A stretch of DNA of 61,869 bases, counting the filler. It is 9 parts of 9 records of this genome, joined end to end, with 100 filler letters (N's around TTAATTAATTAA, not from the genome) between each part and the next. Parts side by side here need not be neighbours in the genome. Positions count along the whole stretch, not along the records: positions 29,499 to 37,102 come from SRR31156797_31375; positions 37,203 to 44,037 come from SRR31156797_31377; 7 more parts are not named here. One strand, written 5' to 3'. Shown piece by piece: positions 29,499 through 39,614 of this stretch. Position 1 is the first letter of the stretch. Each line of letters begins with the position of its first letter. The notes beneath the pieces are model-generated. The model saw nothing but the letters and a program-made list of their open reading frames with translations, searched no databases and was not told where the DNA came from. The translations under genes were made by a program, and so were the position numbers.

Positions 29499-32400
29499 AG
29501 CCTCCGGATCGACGCCACCGCGATGGGCGACGCTGACCATCAGGTCGATGTCACGCATGGATTCACTGAAAATCCGCGGAGGAACATCAGCGATAGGGAT
29601 CGGTTCCCATGAGTCTCGTTTCGTGAACTGCACCCCCTGAACGGTCAATCCTTCGACATCGGCAGGTGTGGTGAAGTAGTCTTCGAACAGCAGGGTCGCT
29701 GAGAGGTTCTCCGCATGGAAGGTTTTCTGCGTGCCTTCTTCCGGATGATGCACCCAGCCACGCTGTCCGATCAGGGCCATGGCTTGCCTCGGGTGAACCT
29801 GATGTCCGCTGTAGCGGGTGGTCTGCTTTTCTTTTTTCTCACCCGGTGTCAGGACGTAGAGCTCGCGGAACACCTGCTTGAACGGCTGAATCCGTTCGAC
29901 CTGGAAGCATTCGCGCTGCCAGTCGGGCCAGTTTCCGGATTCGAGCAGATCGTGGGGATGCGCGAGCCGCATGGTTTCGCCTGCCTTGACCGGTTCGATG
30001 TTGCCTGCATGATCCCGCAATCCTTTGCCGCCGTCATGGGGATAACCGATGATCCCTTCACCGATGAGTACAAGCCGGCTGATCATGGGCCACAGCAGGG
30101 GGTGGCTTGCGAGGTTCTGCATCTCCTTGCCTGTGAAGGTGTCGCCGCGGCACATGGACGATTCCAGCGATTGGCGGATGCGGGAGGTCTGGCGTTTGAG
30201 TTCGGTCTTTCGTCCGGCCAGGTCTGCAAGCTCCGGGTTTTTCTTTTTGGCTGCTGCGGGGATAGCCTTAAGCTTTTTGCCTTTCTTGAGGACGGTCAGG
30301 TCAGGCGTTCCCTCTTCGTCAACGGTGAGGGAGACTTCGAGTTCATCGACCTTGATGGTGACTGAGCCGGATGCGAGGTCCGCCAGAGCTTTTGTTTCCA
30401 TCGCCCATTGCAGACGCAGCGGATCGGGATAGCCTGCGGTGCGGGCGAGGTTGTCCAGCCCGATCTCGACGGCTCGCTTTTCGCTGGCCTTCCGCTGGGA
30501 GCCGAACTTCTTGCTGGTTCGCAGGAACTCCTGCAGGACTTCGTATCGATCGAGGATGTCCGCTTCGGCTTTCTTGCCTTTTGCCAGGGGGAGCAGGCCG
30601 AGTGCCCGGGCGGCTTCCTTGTTACGCTTGTCCGAGATGCGTTTCACGAGGTCTGCCTTGGTGACGTTGCTGAGCATCGCATCGGCCAAAAGGCGAGCCC
30701 GTGCATGACCCGTACCGCCGGAGGCGTACTTGGCGTTCTTTGAGAGGTAGTCCCAGGTCTCTTTGCCGAGGGTTTTGTAGGTCCTGTTGAACCAGTCGAC
30801 GTCCACTGCGCCGTCTACCAGTTCTTCGGCTTTTAGTGGGGTCCACCGGTCGTCCTTGGTATGGGCATGGAACCAGAAGACTGCATCCTCCAGTCCGGAC
30901 AGGTTCAACGCTTGCTCAATGAAACCGGCCCATTGAGGTGCAAACAGGGCGATATCTAGGAGGCGTTTGTCTTTGATCTTGCGGTCTTTAGCGGCTTTTG
31001 CGAAATCCTCTTTTGTTTCGTTGTCTTTCGGAAAACATGTCAGGATCAGGTTACTGAAAGTAGCTGATTTGCTGCTCTCGTTCGACGACCAGCCGCGAAC
31101 GATCGAACCCTTTCCGAGGGCTTTGATCAGGTTGAACAGAGTATCTATACCTTCATGATAGGAGATGCTGTGAGCCAGTCCTGTTGTTATGGTTTCCCGA
31201 TCACCTCGTTGAAGCTCCATTTCGATAATTCGTTCTTTGCATTTTACTAACGCATCTAGGAGAGGCTGGTTTTCTTTGATTTCTTCTGGTGGAGTCTTTC
31301 GAGTCCATTCTTTGAGGGTGCCGGATTCTCTTCGGAAAAAGTGATAACTGGTAGGGTTGATTTCATCTTCCTTGGGGCCGACCAGTAAATTCACTATATC
31401 TGCTACTGAAGCTTTCCCAGAACGATATCCGGGTAGGATGTCATTTGCTTCCGGAAGGACCCGCGGTGCACCAGGAAGAGGTTTTGTCCACCACAGAATC
31501 AGCTTCCAGAATCTCGAATGCTGTGATGGTGTCCACGACTCACTGGAGAAAATCCGAGTTTTACGGATTATCGATAACCACTTGGATACGGAGGATTCTT
31601 CTCTCCAGTCAGTCCGATATAAATCGTCGTACATTTTTTCTTTTGGGCACAGCAGGTACGATTGGGGTATGGAGGCGAAACCCGCTTCCAGGATGTCCAA
31701 CAGGAAATCTATTTCTGTGGTAGAAACTTCTCTCAGTGAAGCTGTAAGGGAAAGTATGGGGCCCAGGTGTGCTGGGTATCGAAATCCTTTTTTCAAGCTT
31801 GGGTAGTTTTTTCGGAAAAAGGCTTCTCTTGTTTTCTCCGTTTTCTGGCTTCCTGCATAAGCCTCGCCTAACCATGCATCTTCGGTTAAGCCGAGTGCCC
31901 GGATGTGTTCAAACCCATCAGAGTCTCGGGTGGAATCTGGTCTTGTTCCCCAAAAGTGTTGGATTCGATCGATTAGTATCTGATTTTCTTCGATTCTCTC
32001 ATGATGCCAGAACTTCAGGAACCACGAATCCATTTCTCCAAGAAGTTGTGGAGATCTATATGACGATTGGATTTCCAACTCTTTGTTTTGTTCGACGAAA
32101 TCATCCAATTCCCTAAGGAGTTGGATGGCTGATTCGGTCAACAGTTCAACATCGATATGTTTGGGGGGATGCGATTGAGTCAGGTCCGCTGGATCGATAA
32201 GCCCCAGCGCGTTTTCGCGAGTATATTTTGTAAACTGCTTTTCCGTCTTTGTGCCAGTCGCTTGTGGTTTACTTCCTGTCTCTTCCTGACAGGTTTTCAG
32301 AAGGATTTCTGCATCCTTCTTCAATCTCTTTGCTGCAATCATGTTTTCGAGCAGTTCAATACCACCTTGCTTGCAGTTCTGATCTTTCATGTTGACCAGA

Positions 32401-34031
32401 CGCCCGGCGGATGCCAGAACGGCTTTGTCTTTCTGGTTCAGGAACAGCTCCAGCAGTGCCTGTCGCAGGCTTTCAGCCTTTCGCTTGAGAAGTGGTTCAA
32501 GTGCCTTGGCAGCTGCTTCATCGACTTGATGTTCTTTCACGACATCCATGGCACTATGTCGGACATATTCACCGGGATCACCGCAGAGTTTGAGAACGGC
32601 TTCACGAACTTCTGTTTGTTTTTGATACCCCCTGGCAAGGATTCTGACAGCAGAGTCCCGACTGTTCACATTGATATAGGGTAAGGCTGGTATGATGGAG
32701 GCAGGATCCCTTGAACCGAACGTGTTGACGATCTGGTAGCCAAGGCATTGCTTATCCAGTTTCAACGAAGTCCATGGCCACAGGATGGAGTTGGTTTCCT
32801 GTTTTTTCTTCGGAAGTCTTTCCGCGAGTTTGAGCATCTTCTCGAAAGCATCTGTTTTATGTATAGCAGAGTCATTGTCTTCATCATGATCATTGTAGCT
32901 ATAAAAAGCGGATGAAGCCCAGGCGGCGATGCGGATGTCTTCATCTTCGAGAACTGGAATCAATGCTTTCACTGAAGGATTCAACTGCAACTGATTAAGC
33001 AGGTAGACTGCTGCAAATCTTCGCTCAGGGTTTGGGTCAGTCAGCAGGGGCGTTGCAGCATCGATAGCTTTCACCGCATCATTGAAACCGATGCACCATA
33101 ATGCGAAGTATACTTCTTCTGGTTGGCCATCTTTGAGGGCTGTTGGTATCGCTTTGGGTTCCTCGAGATATTCCAGTAGTTTTTCGGCATCTTTCCGGAT
33201 GGCTCCTGCCGAAGCCGAATCCCAATTCAAATACAGCCATGCGTCGAATGCCCTGACCACAGCACTGAATCGAAGCAGATTCTCATCGATTACCAATCGC
33301 AGGATACGTTTGAAGAATTCAGGGTGTGTGTAATCCACCATCTCGAAGATGACCTGCCGCAAGCCCTCCTCGCGGCCTGCGTTGATAATCAGGTTCTCGA
33401 CAATATCCCATGCTTTCGTGTTCGAGGACTGCATCATCGCATGAAGCATGTGGCGGTTGATCATGGCGATTTCATGTTCACCGCGAATGGCGGTTTGAAA
33501 GATCTCGAGGAGTTTTTCGGAGGTTTCGTCTTCTCGATCCAGGGCACTGGCGAGGATCAATGAGTTAGGAGAGTACCCAAGGACAAATTCGCCCCAGGTT
33601 GCCAGCTATTCTATATCTTCTTCGTATCCAGCAAGGCTTGACAGTATCTCTTTCAGCTTGGAACCACGATGACACCGCGTCAGTTCTGGATGATCCGGTG
33701 CGCGAAAAGCCCTTCTCGACCATCCCGATGTATAAGGACACTGGGTCAGCTTATTCCACATGGCTTCCAGATCTTCGGCCATCCTGGGTTGGAAACAAGA
33801 AAAGAACTGAATTCGCTTTTGAGGAGTGAGTGAATCCAGCATTTCCGCCAGGTCAGCAGTTTGACTGGGACTCGAATACTGATAATTCATGTTCTCGGAT
33901 TTATCGAAGAGTTTCCCGAGTTTACTCAGCATAATCCAGGGCTTAAGCATCATGCGCTTTGTAACGCGGCTCGTGTACTTTTTATGCTCGTACTTCTTCA
34001 GTCTTTTCTCTGCATCTTCTCGTGACAGCAT
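29499..34031 (-). pseudogene. Giant HEAT-repeat / DUF5724-DUF4132 protein (>1500 codons, 3'-truncated) interrupted by an in-frame TAG at 33608-33606
   Basis: ORFs 33606-34031 and 29451-33560 are in the same frame, separated only by TAG plus 15 sense codons (EEDIE*LATWGEF). The C-terminus has DUF4132 motifs HPLLWPMISRLV, RLAHPHDL, QPFKQVFRELY and FSESMRDIDL. Confidence 0.8.
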
Positions 34032-34125
34032 ATGGAATCCCCTTTACACCCCGCTTCACGGTGATTGAGTTGTCTTGAATCAGTAATGAGTGCCCGAACG
34101 TTCCGCGATACGAAATCCCCTCGCA

Positions 34126-34563
34126 TCATCCACCCGCAAGGAGTGCCAGCCGGATGAAGGTCACGTTGCTTTCTTCATTCAGATAGATCTGGCGATCCAG
34201 CTCCCTCTGCTCCTGCTGATCGATCGCGACCAGGAAGATGCCGTCCTCGAATGCCTGGATCGCTGCTCCGACGGCTTCGTCGGCGTCCACCTGCTGGTCC
34301 AGGTCGGAGCCGCCCATCTCGATTTTGCCCTTTGCGGCTGCTTCTTCGATCTGCTTAGCCGACAGGAAGCGAATCGCTTTCCGTGCTTCCTGCCGATCCC
34401 GAAAGGCGTTTACCTCGTCGCGGACGATTTTCTCGATCAGCGTTCGAAGCGTCACCGGCTCGCTGCCGTCCGCCCACAGCGGGGGGATCGGCAGAGAAAA
34501 GTCTGACAGAACGGGCTTGATCTGCCCCATCTGGTTGTATGTTACGGTCAGGGTCCCCGACAT
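34126..34563 (-). CDS. Putative ubiquitin-like (beta-grasp, MoaD/ThiS-like) protein ending in Gly-Gly
   Basis: AGGAGG RBS. C-terminus LVAIDQQEQRELDRQIYLNEESNVTFIRLALLAGG* parallels the MoaD pattern VAVN...L..GDEVAF.PPV.GG. Confidence 0.7.
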   Translation of the reverse strand: MSGTLTVTYNQMGQIKPVLSDFSLPIPPLWADGSEPVTLRTLIEKIVRDEVNAFRDRQEARKAIRFLSAKQIEEAAAKGKIEMGGSDLDQQVDADEAVGAAIQAFEDGIFLVAIDQQEQRELDRQIYLNEESNVTFIRLALLAGG

Positions 34564-34709
34564 AGCCCACCTCCTGATTGGTGAAAGATAAATGAATTGC
34601 TGTACAGTCTAATCGAACAGGCCGTCTTCCTTCAAGGCGGTTTTTGTCAAAACCAGTACATTCGTGGAGGCTGTTGCAAAGGGGCTCGGGGATCGGTAGG
34701 CTGTCGGGC

Positions 34710-35102
34710 ATGAGTGAGAATGCACGTGTAAAGAAGAACACCTATTCGGGCGAAGAACTCGCGATCGTAGCCGCGCGGGCGGCAGATGATACGCGCGCGG
34801 AGAATATCGTGATCCTCGATCTCCGAGGAATGTCGCCTGTGACCGATTATTTCATCATCTGCTCCGGTACATCGGATCGCCAGATGCGGGCCGTATTCGA
34901 TACGATCAGCGAGGAAGTCCGTAAGCAGTTTCATACCAAGCCGTTCGGTTCGTCGGGCTACGACTCGCCGACCTGGATGCTGCTGGATTTCGTCGATGTG
35001 GTCGTTCACATTTTCGAGCCTGACTATCGCCGGTACTACGACCTCGAGCTGATGTGGGGCGATGCTCCGCATATCGAGTGGAAGACCGAATCCACCGAAT
35101 GA
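34710..35102 (+). CDS. rsfS: Ribosome silencing factor (Iojap)
   Basis: ENIVILDL, DYFIICSGTSDRQ, WMLLDFVDVVVHIF...RRYYDLELMW. Confidence 0.93.
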   Translation: MSENARVKKNTYSGEELAIVAARAADDTRAENIVILDLRGMSPVTDYFIICSGTSDRQMRAVFDTISEEVRKQFHTKPFGSSGYDSPTWMLLDFVDVVVHIFEPDYRRYYDLELMWGDAPHIEWKTESTE

Positions 35103-35129
35103 CGCCGCGAGCCACCCCGGGACCCGTCC

Positions 35130-35684
35130 ATGGATATCAAACGGATTGAAAACGCGATTCGCGAAGTACTGGAAGCTGTCGGAGAAAACCCGGACAGGGA
35201 AGGGCTCCGGGATACGCCGCAGCGCGTCGCCAATATGTATGCGGAAATCTTCTCGGGTCTTCATGAAGATCCCGGCGACTGCCTGTCGACGTTCTTCACC
35301 GAGGATTACGAAGACCTGGTTGTCCTGAAGGATATCCCGTTCCATTCCATGTGCGAACATCACCTTCTGCCGTTCGAGGGCAAAGCCAGCGTGGCGTATC
35401 TGCCCGATGGAAAGGTCGTGGGGGTTTCCAAGCTCGCCCGCGTGGTGGAGCTGTTCGCCCGTCGTCCGCAACTGCAGGAACGCCTGACCTCCGAAGTGGC
35501 GGATACGATCATGGACCGGATCACGCCCAAGGGAGTCGCAGTTGTGATGACAGCTACTCATGCCTGCATGACCTGTCGCGGTGTCCGCAAGTCGGGCAGC
35601 GAAATGATAACGTCTGCTCTTCGTGGCCGGTGCCGATCCGATGCCCGGACCCGAAGCGAAGTCCTGACCCTGCTGCATGGATAG
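35130..35684 (+). CDS. folE: GTP cyclohydrolase I
   Basis: [45 protein letters not shown]. Confidence 0.96.
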   Translation: MDIKRIENAIREVLEAVGENPDREGLRDTPQRVANMYAEIFSGLHEDPGDCLSTFFTEDYEDLVVLKDIPFHSMCEHHLLPFEGKASVAYLPDGKVVGVSKLARVVELFARRPQLQERLTSEVADTIMDRITPKGVAVVMTATHACMTCRGVRKSGSEMITSALRGRCRSDARTRSEVLTLLHG

Positions 35685-35809
35685 TCACGCAACATGTCTA
35701 TGTGACTCGGACGGTGTTGTCTTTCCAGGGATCAAGAGACGTGCGACAGCTCCAGTGCCTGATGCCTATTGACTAATGCCTTTGAAGTTTGGAGTGTAAC
35801 AGTACCCCT

Positions 35810-37030
35810 ATGCCAGATCGTGAATCCATCCCCGCATCCCAGAGACGACGCCCGTGGGTACAGCTCCGGGCGGCGGCGTTTCGTACGTTTGTCTTCAGCA
35901 AGATGATCCAGGATACCTCCGACGACGCTCAGCCGGGCGATTGCGTCTGGGTGTACGGCGGGCGAGGGGACTGTCTCGGGCGGGCGCTGTTCAATCCGAA
36001 ATCACAGATCGCGCTGCGGATGCTGTCCTGGGATGACTCGGATGTTGAGGAAACCGAATTCTGGCGGAATGCGATTCAGCGGGCGGCTGCCCTTCGCACG
36101 CAGACGCTGCATCTGCCGGACGTGACGAACGCATACCGGCTGATTCATGCCGAGGGGGATGGGCTCAGCGGGCTGGTGGTCGATCAATACGCTGACGTGT
36201 TGTCCATCGACGTGTTCAGCCTGGGGATCTGGAAGCGGATCGAAACCTTGCTTCCGATGTTGCACGAGGCGGCCGGGACGAAGCATCACATCGCCAGCGT
36301 CAACGAGAAGGTGCAGAGCCAGGAAGGGTTCAAGGCGAAACCCATTTGCTCGGAGAACCTGCCGAAAGAAGTCCGAATCCACGAGCACGGCGTGCGGTTC
36401 CGTGTGCGGTTTGACACGGTTCACAAGACCGGGTTCTTCTGCGATCAGCGGGATAACCGTCGCAAGTTGGCCGAATGGACGCCCGGGGCGGAGGTGCTGG
36501 ATCTCTGCTGCAACACCGGAGGGTTCGGCGTGTACGCGGGCAGTGTCGGGAAAGCGAAGAAGGTCACCTGCGTTGATCTCGACGAGCAGGCGATCGCGAT
36601 TGCGAAGCAGAACGCCAATCTCAACCAGGCGAAAATCGATACGGTCCAGGCCGATGCGTTTACCTACATGCGGCAGATGCAGTCCAATGAACGGACCTAT
36701 GACGTCGTCGTGCTGGATCCGCCCAAGTTCATCTTCGGTCGCAATGATGGTGATGAGGGTCGGTTCAAGTATTCCGATCTGAACCGGCTGGGTGCGGGGC
36801 TGGTCCGTGATGGAGGGGTGCTGGTTACCTGCTCCTGCAGCGGGGCGCTGTCGCGCGATGAGTTTATCGAGCTGATCACCGGCTCGATCCGCCGGACCGG
36901 CAAGCGGATCCAGATCGTGAATGTCTCAGGAGCTGCAGCGGATCATCCGGTGTCGACGAACTGTCCGGAGTCGGAGTATCTGAAGGTTGTGTGGATGATT
37001 CTGCGGGACGACGCGAGCGGGAAACGCTGA
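35810..37030 (+). CDS. RlmI-like class I SAM-dependent rRNA methyltransferase (PUA + MTase)
   Basis: RLIHAEGDGLSGLVVD, HKTGFFCDQRDNR, VLDLCCNTGGF, DVVVLDPPKF, LVTCSCS, YLK. Confidence 0.88.
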   Translation: MPDRESIPASQRRRPWVQLRAAAFRTFVFSKMIQDTSDDAQPGDCVWVYGGRGDCLGRALFNPKSQIALRMLSWDDSDVEETEFWRNAIQRAAALRTQTLHLPDVTNAYRLIHAEGDGLSGLVVDQYADVLSIDVFSLGIWKRIETLLPMLHEAAGTKHHIASVNEKVQSQEGFKAKPICSENLPKEVRIHEHGVRFRVRFDTVHKTGFFCDQRDNRRKLAEWTPGAEVLDLCCNTGGFGVYAGSVGKAKKVTCVDLDEQAIAIAKQNANLNQAKIDTVQADAFTYMRQMQSNERTYDVVVLDPPKFIFGRNDGDEGRFKYSDLNRLGAGLVRDGGVLVTCSCSGALSRDEFIELITGSIRRTGKRIQIVNVSGAAADHPVSTNCPESEYLKVVWMILRDDASGKR

Positions 37031-37060
37031 AACGTTGAAACACTAAAACGCTGAAACAGG
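37021..37060 (+). repeat. Degenerate 8-bp tandem repeat (GAAACGCT)x5
   Basis: gaaacgct gaaacgtt gaaacact aaaacgct gaaacagg. Confidence 0.6.
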
Positions 37061-37264
37061 AAAAGGCTGTCGCACGTCTGATGACCCATTCGAATCACAG
37101 GCNNNNNNNNNNNNNNNNNNNNNNNNNNNNNNNNNNNNNNNNNNNNTTAATTAATTAANNNNNNNNNNNNNNNNNNNNNNNNNNNNNNNNNNNNNNNNNN
37201 NNAAATAATGCAAAGAAGCCCGGTAAATGGGGCCATGAAGATTTTTTTAAAAAAAGTTTCAAGC

Positions 37265-37280
37265 TGGCACATGCATTGCA
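37265..37280 (+). promoter_or_regulatory. Sigma-54 (-24/-12) promoter of pilA
   Basis: TGGCAC-ATGCA-TTGCA matches the TGGCAC-N5-TTGCA consensus, 64 nt upstream of pilA. Confidence 0.9.
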
Positions 37281-37344
37281 TTTCAAGAAAGCAAGTTTAA
37301 TCGTTAGCAGTTAGTTGTAATTAAATCATTTTTAGGAGGACATT

Positions 37345-37917
37345 ATGTTGAAGGACATGAAAAACAACCAGAAAGGTTTTACACTGATCGAGCTCATGAT
37401 CGTAGTTGCCATCATCGGTATCCTGGCAGCCATCGCAATACCCCAGTTTGCAGCCTACCGGATGAGAGCGTTCAACTCCGCGGCGGTTTCAGATGTCAAT
37501 AACATCCAGAAATCGGAAGCCACCCTCTTTGCCGACTGGCAGTGCTTCGGCGCAACCGAAGATCAGACCCTTGCCGGCGCAACCGGCCCGATTGCAGGCG
37601 CCGCCCTGGATGCAACGCCTGCTAATCTGAACATTGTTTCAGGCCAGGATTCAGGCGGTAATGCCAGGGGTATGCAGATCGGCGTCAGCAACGGAGTCAC
37701 CATTGTCGCAAATACGGACGCCAACTGGAGAACTTTCACAGCCACCTCCAAACATATCGACGGCAACTTCACCTACGGCGTAGATGCCGACATCACCCTT
37801 CTGTACCAGAATCCATCCCTGATCGCAGCTGGAACCGCCCTTGCAATCGCCCAAGCTGTCGGAGCCACTGTCGCAGCGGATGACTTCGATGGCGTTGGTA
37901 CCTGGATCGCCAAATAG
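37345..37917 (+). CDS. pilA: Type IVa major pilin
   Basis: AGGAGG RBS, class III signal KG|FTLIELMIVVAIIGILAAIAIPQF, own sigma54 promoter and terminator. Confidence 0.93.
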   Translation: MLKDMKNNQKGFTLIELMIVVAIIGILAAIAIPQFAAYRMRAFNSAAVSDVNNIQKSEATLFADWQCFGATEDQTLAGATGPIAGAALDATPANLNIVSGQDSGGNARGMQIGVSNGVTIVANTDANWRTFTATSKHIDGNFTYGVDADITLLYQNPSLIAAGTALAIAQAVGATVAADDFDGVGTWIAK

Positions 37918-37940
37918 CTGAAAACATAATTTTCAGGATT

Positions 37941-37975
37941 AAAATCCGGTCAATTCATTTTGACCGGATTTTTTT
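37941..37975 (+). terminator. Intrinsic terminator after pilA
   Basis: AAAATCCGGTCAA-loop-TTGACCGGATTTTTTT. Confidence 0.88.
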
Positions 37976-38070
37976 CTGTTTTTATTGTATCTTTTTGATT
38001 ATGCTATTTTATACGAATTATCCGGGCAGCCCGCTGAAACAACCAGAACAGGCAAACAAAGAATAACAGT

Positions 38071-38814
38071 ATGCTGATTTCAATATCAAATCTTACCAAG
38101 CGTTATAAAACCAAGCATGGCGCATCACGGTTGACGGTTCTTTCCGATTTCAACCTTGAAATCGGAAAGGGAGAATCCTTTGGATTTCTAGGGCCCAATG
38201 GTGCCGGGAAAAGCACGTTGATCAAGATCCTCATGAATTTCATAGGGTATGATTCGGGCACCGTTACCATCGGCGGCAAGGACATCGCCTCACCCGATGT
38301 TCGAAAAAAAATCGGGTACCTGCCCGAGAATCCGACCTTTTACACCCACCTGACTGCGGAGGAGATCCTGAAATTCGGCGGAAAGATCGCCGGCATCAAA
38401 ACCGGCCCCCTGAATCAACGCATCGATGAACTCCTTGCCCGGTTAAACCTGGGCCACGCAAAAAAACAGAAACTCCGGACCTACTCAAAGGGCATGGTCC
38501 AGCGGACAGGAATCGCCTACGCCCTTGTCCATGATCCGGAGATATGCATATTCGATGAACCCATGAGCGGTCTTGACCCCATGGGACGAAAACTGATCTC
38601 CGACCTGATCATCGATATGCGAAACCAGGGAAAAACCATTTTTTTCAGTTCGCACATTCTCAGTGATGTTGAAAAACTGTGCGACCGCATCGGCATCCTG
38701 AACAAGGGCCAGTTACTCTATTGCGGATCCCTGAAAGAATTTATTTCAACCAACAATGATATCGAGACCGCATTTGTGAATCGAATAGAAACAGATAACG
38801 GGAAACAGGTATGA
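38071..38814 (+). CDS. Pilus-associated ABC transporter ATPase (Myxococcus PilH / Geobacter Xap type)
   Basis: GPNGAGKST, YSKGMVQR, FDEPMSGLDP, SSHIL. Confidence 0.9.
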   Translation: MLISISNLTKRYKTKHGASRLTVLSDFNLEIGKGESFGFLGPNGAGKSTLIKILMNFIGYDSGTVTIGGKDIASPDVRKKIGYLPENPTFYTHLTAEEILKFGGKIAGIKTGPLNQRIDELLARLNLGHAKKQKLRTYSKGMVQRTGIAYALVHDPEICIFDEPMSGLDPMGRKLISDLIIDMRNQGKTIFFSSHILSDVEKLCDRIGILNKGQLLYCGSLKEFISTNNDIETAFVNRIETDNGKQV

Positions 38815-39614
38815 ACAACATCCGGCTGATATCCGGCATAACGCTGAAGGAGGGATTCAGGAACAGAATCCTCCACGGTATTTTCTTTTTTGTATTCGCC
38901 CTTTTCATCCTTGACTGCATCATGGTCAATCTCTTTACCCGGGATCTTGGAAAAGTCGCTGTCGATATCGGGCTTTCCACCATGTCGATCTCCGGCCTTG
39001 TCATCATTTTCTTCATGGGAATGAACCTGTTGTCAAGGGACATTGACAAGCTGACCATCTATTCAATCCTGTCACGGTCGGTATCGCGATGGCAGTATAT
39101 TTTCGGGAAATACATGGGCCTGTCCCTGCTCATTTTTATTTCCGTCGCCGCCATAGCCGTATTGACTGCGGTTTTTGTGGAAGTAATCATCCGGGTATAT
39201 CCCGATTATATTCCTCCTCTTTTCTCCTGGATGCAATACGCCGTCGCCGTAGGCCTCGCATTTTTGTCCCTGCTCATCGTAACGGCGATCTCCATCCTCT
39301 TCACCTGCCTGACATCGAGCCCGTTCACGGCACTGCTGTTGACATTCGGCACCTATCTGATCGGCCAGAACATCGACCTTCTGGTCAAACTCATGGATCA
39401 TTCGGCAACCGGGGGCAATCTCCTTTTTATCCTGATCAAACCCGTTACATGGCTGATTCCGAACCTTGCTTTATTTGACTACAAAACCATTGCCGCCTAC
39501 GGCCTTGCCATGAACATTCAGGATATTGTTTTCACGGTTTTTTACGGAATCACCTACATCATGTTGGTGCTGTTCGCCTCTGTTATCATTTTTAACCGCA
39601 GGGAACTGACATGA
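38811..39614 (+). CDS. Pilus-associated ABC transporter permease (PilI-like)
   Basis: About 6 TM helices, ILSRSVSRWQYIFGKY, ATGA overlaps with its neighbours. Confidence 0.85.
   Translation: MNNIRLISGITLKEGFRNRILHGIFFFVFALFILDCIMVNLFTRDLGKVAVDIGLSTMSISGLVIIFFMGMNLLSRDIDKLTIYSILSRSVSRWQYIFGKYMGLSLLIFISVAAIAVLTAVFVEVIIRVYPDYIPPLFSWMQYAVAVGLAFLSLLIVTAISILFTCLTSSPFTALLLTFGTYLIGQNIDLLVKLMDHSATGGNLLFILIKPVTWLIPNLALFDYKTIAAYGLAMNIQDIVFTVFYGITYIMLVLFASVIIFNRRELT

Noticed and set aside
33606-33608. Pyrrolysine or genetic-code reassignment of TAG
   Set aside because: folE in the same fragment terminates at TAG at its expected C-terminus, and no pyl genes are visible. A nonsense change is more parsimonious.
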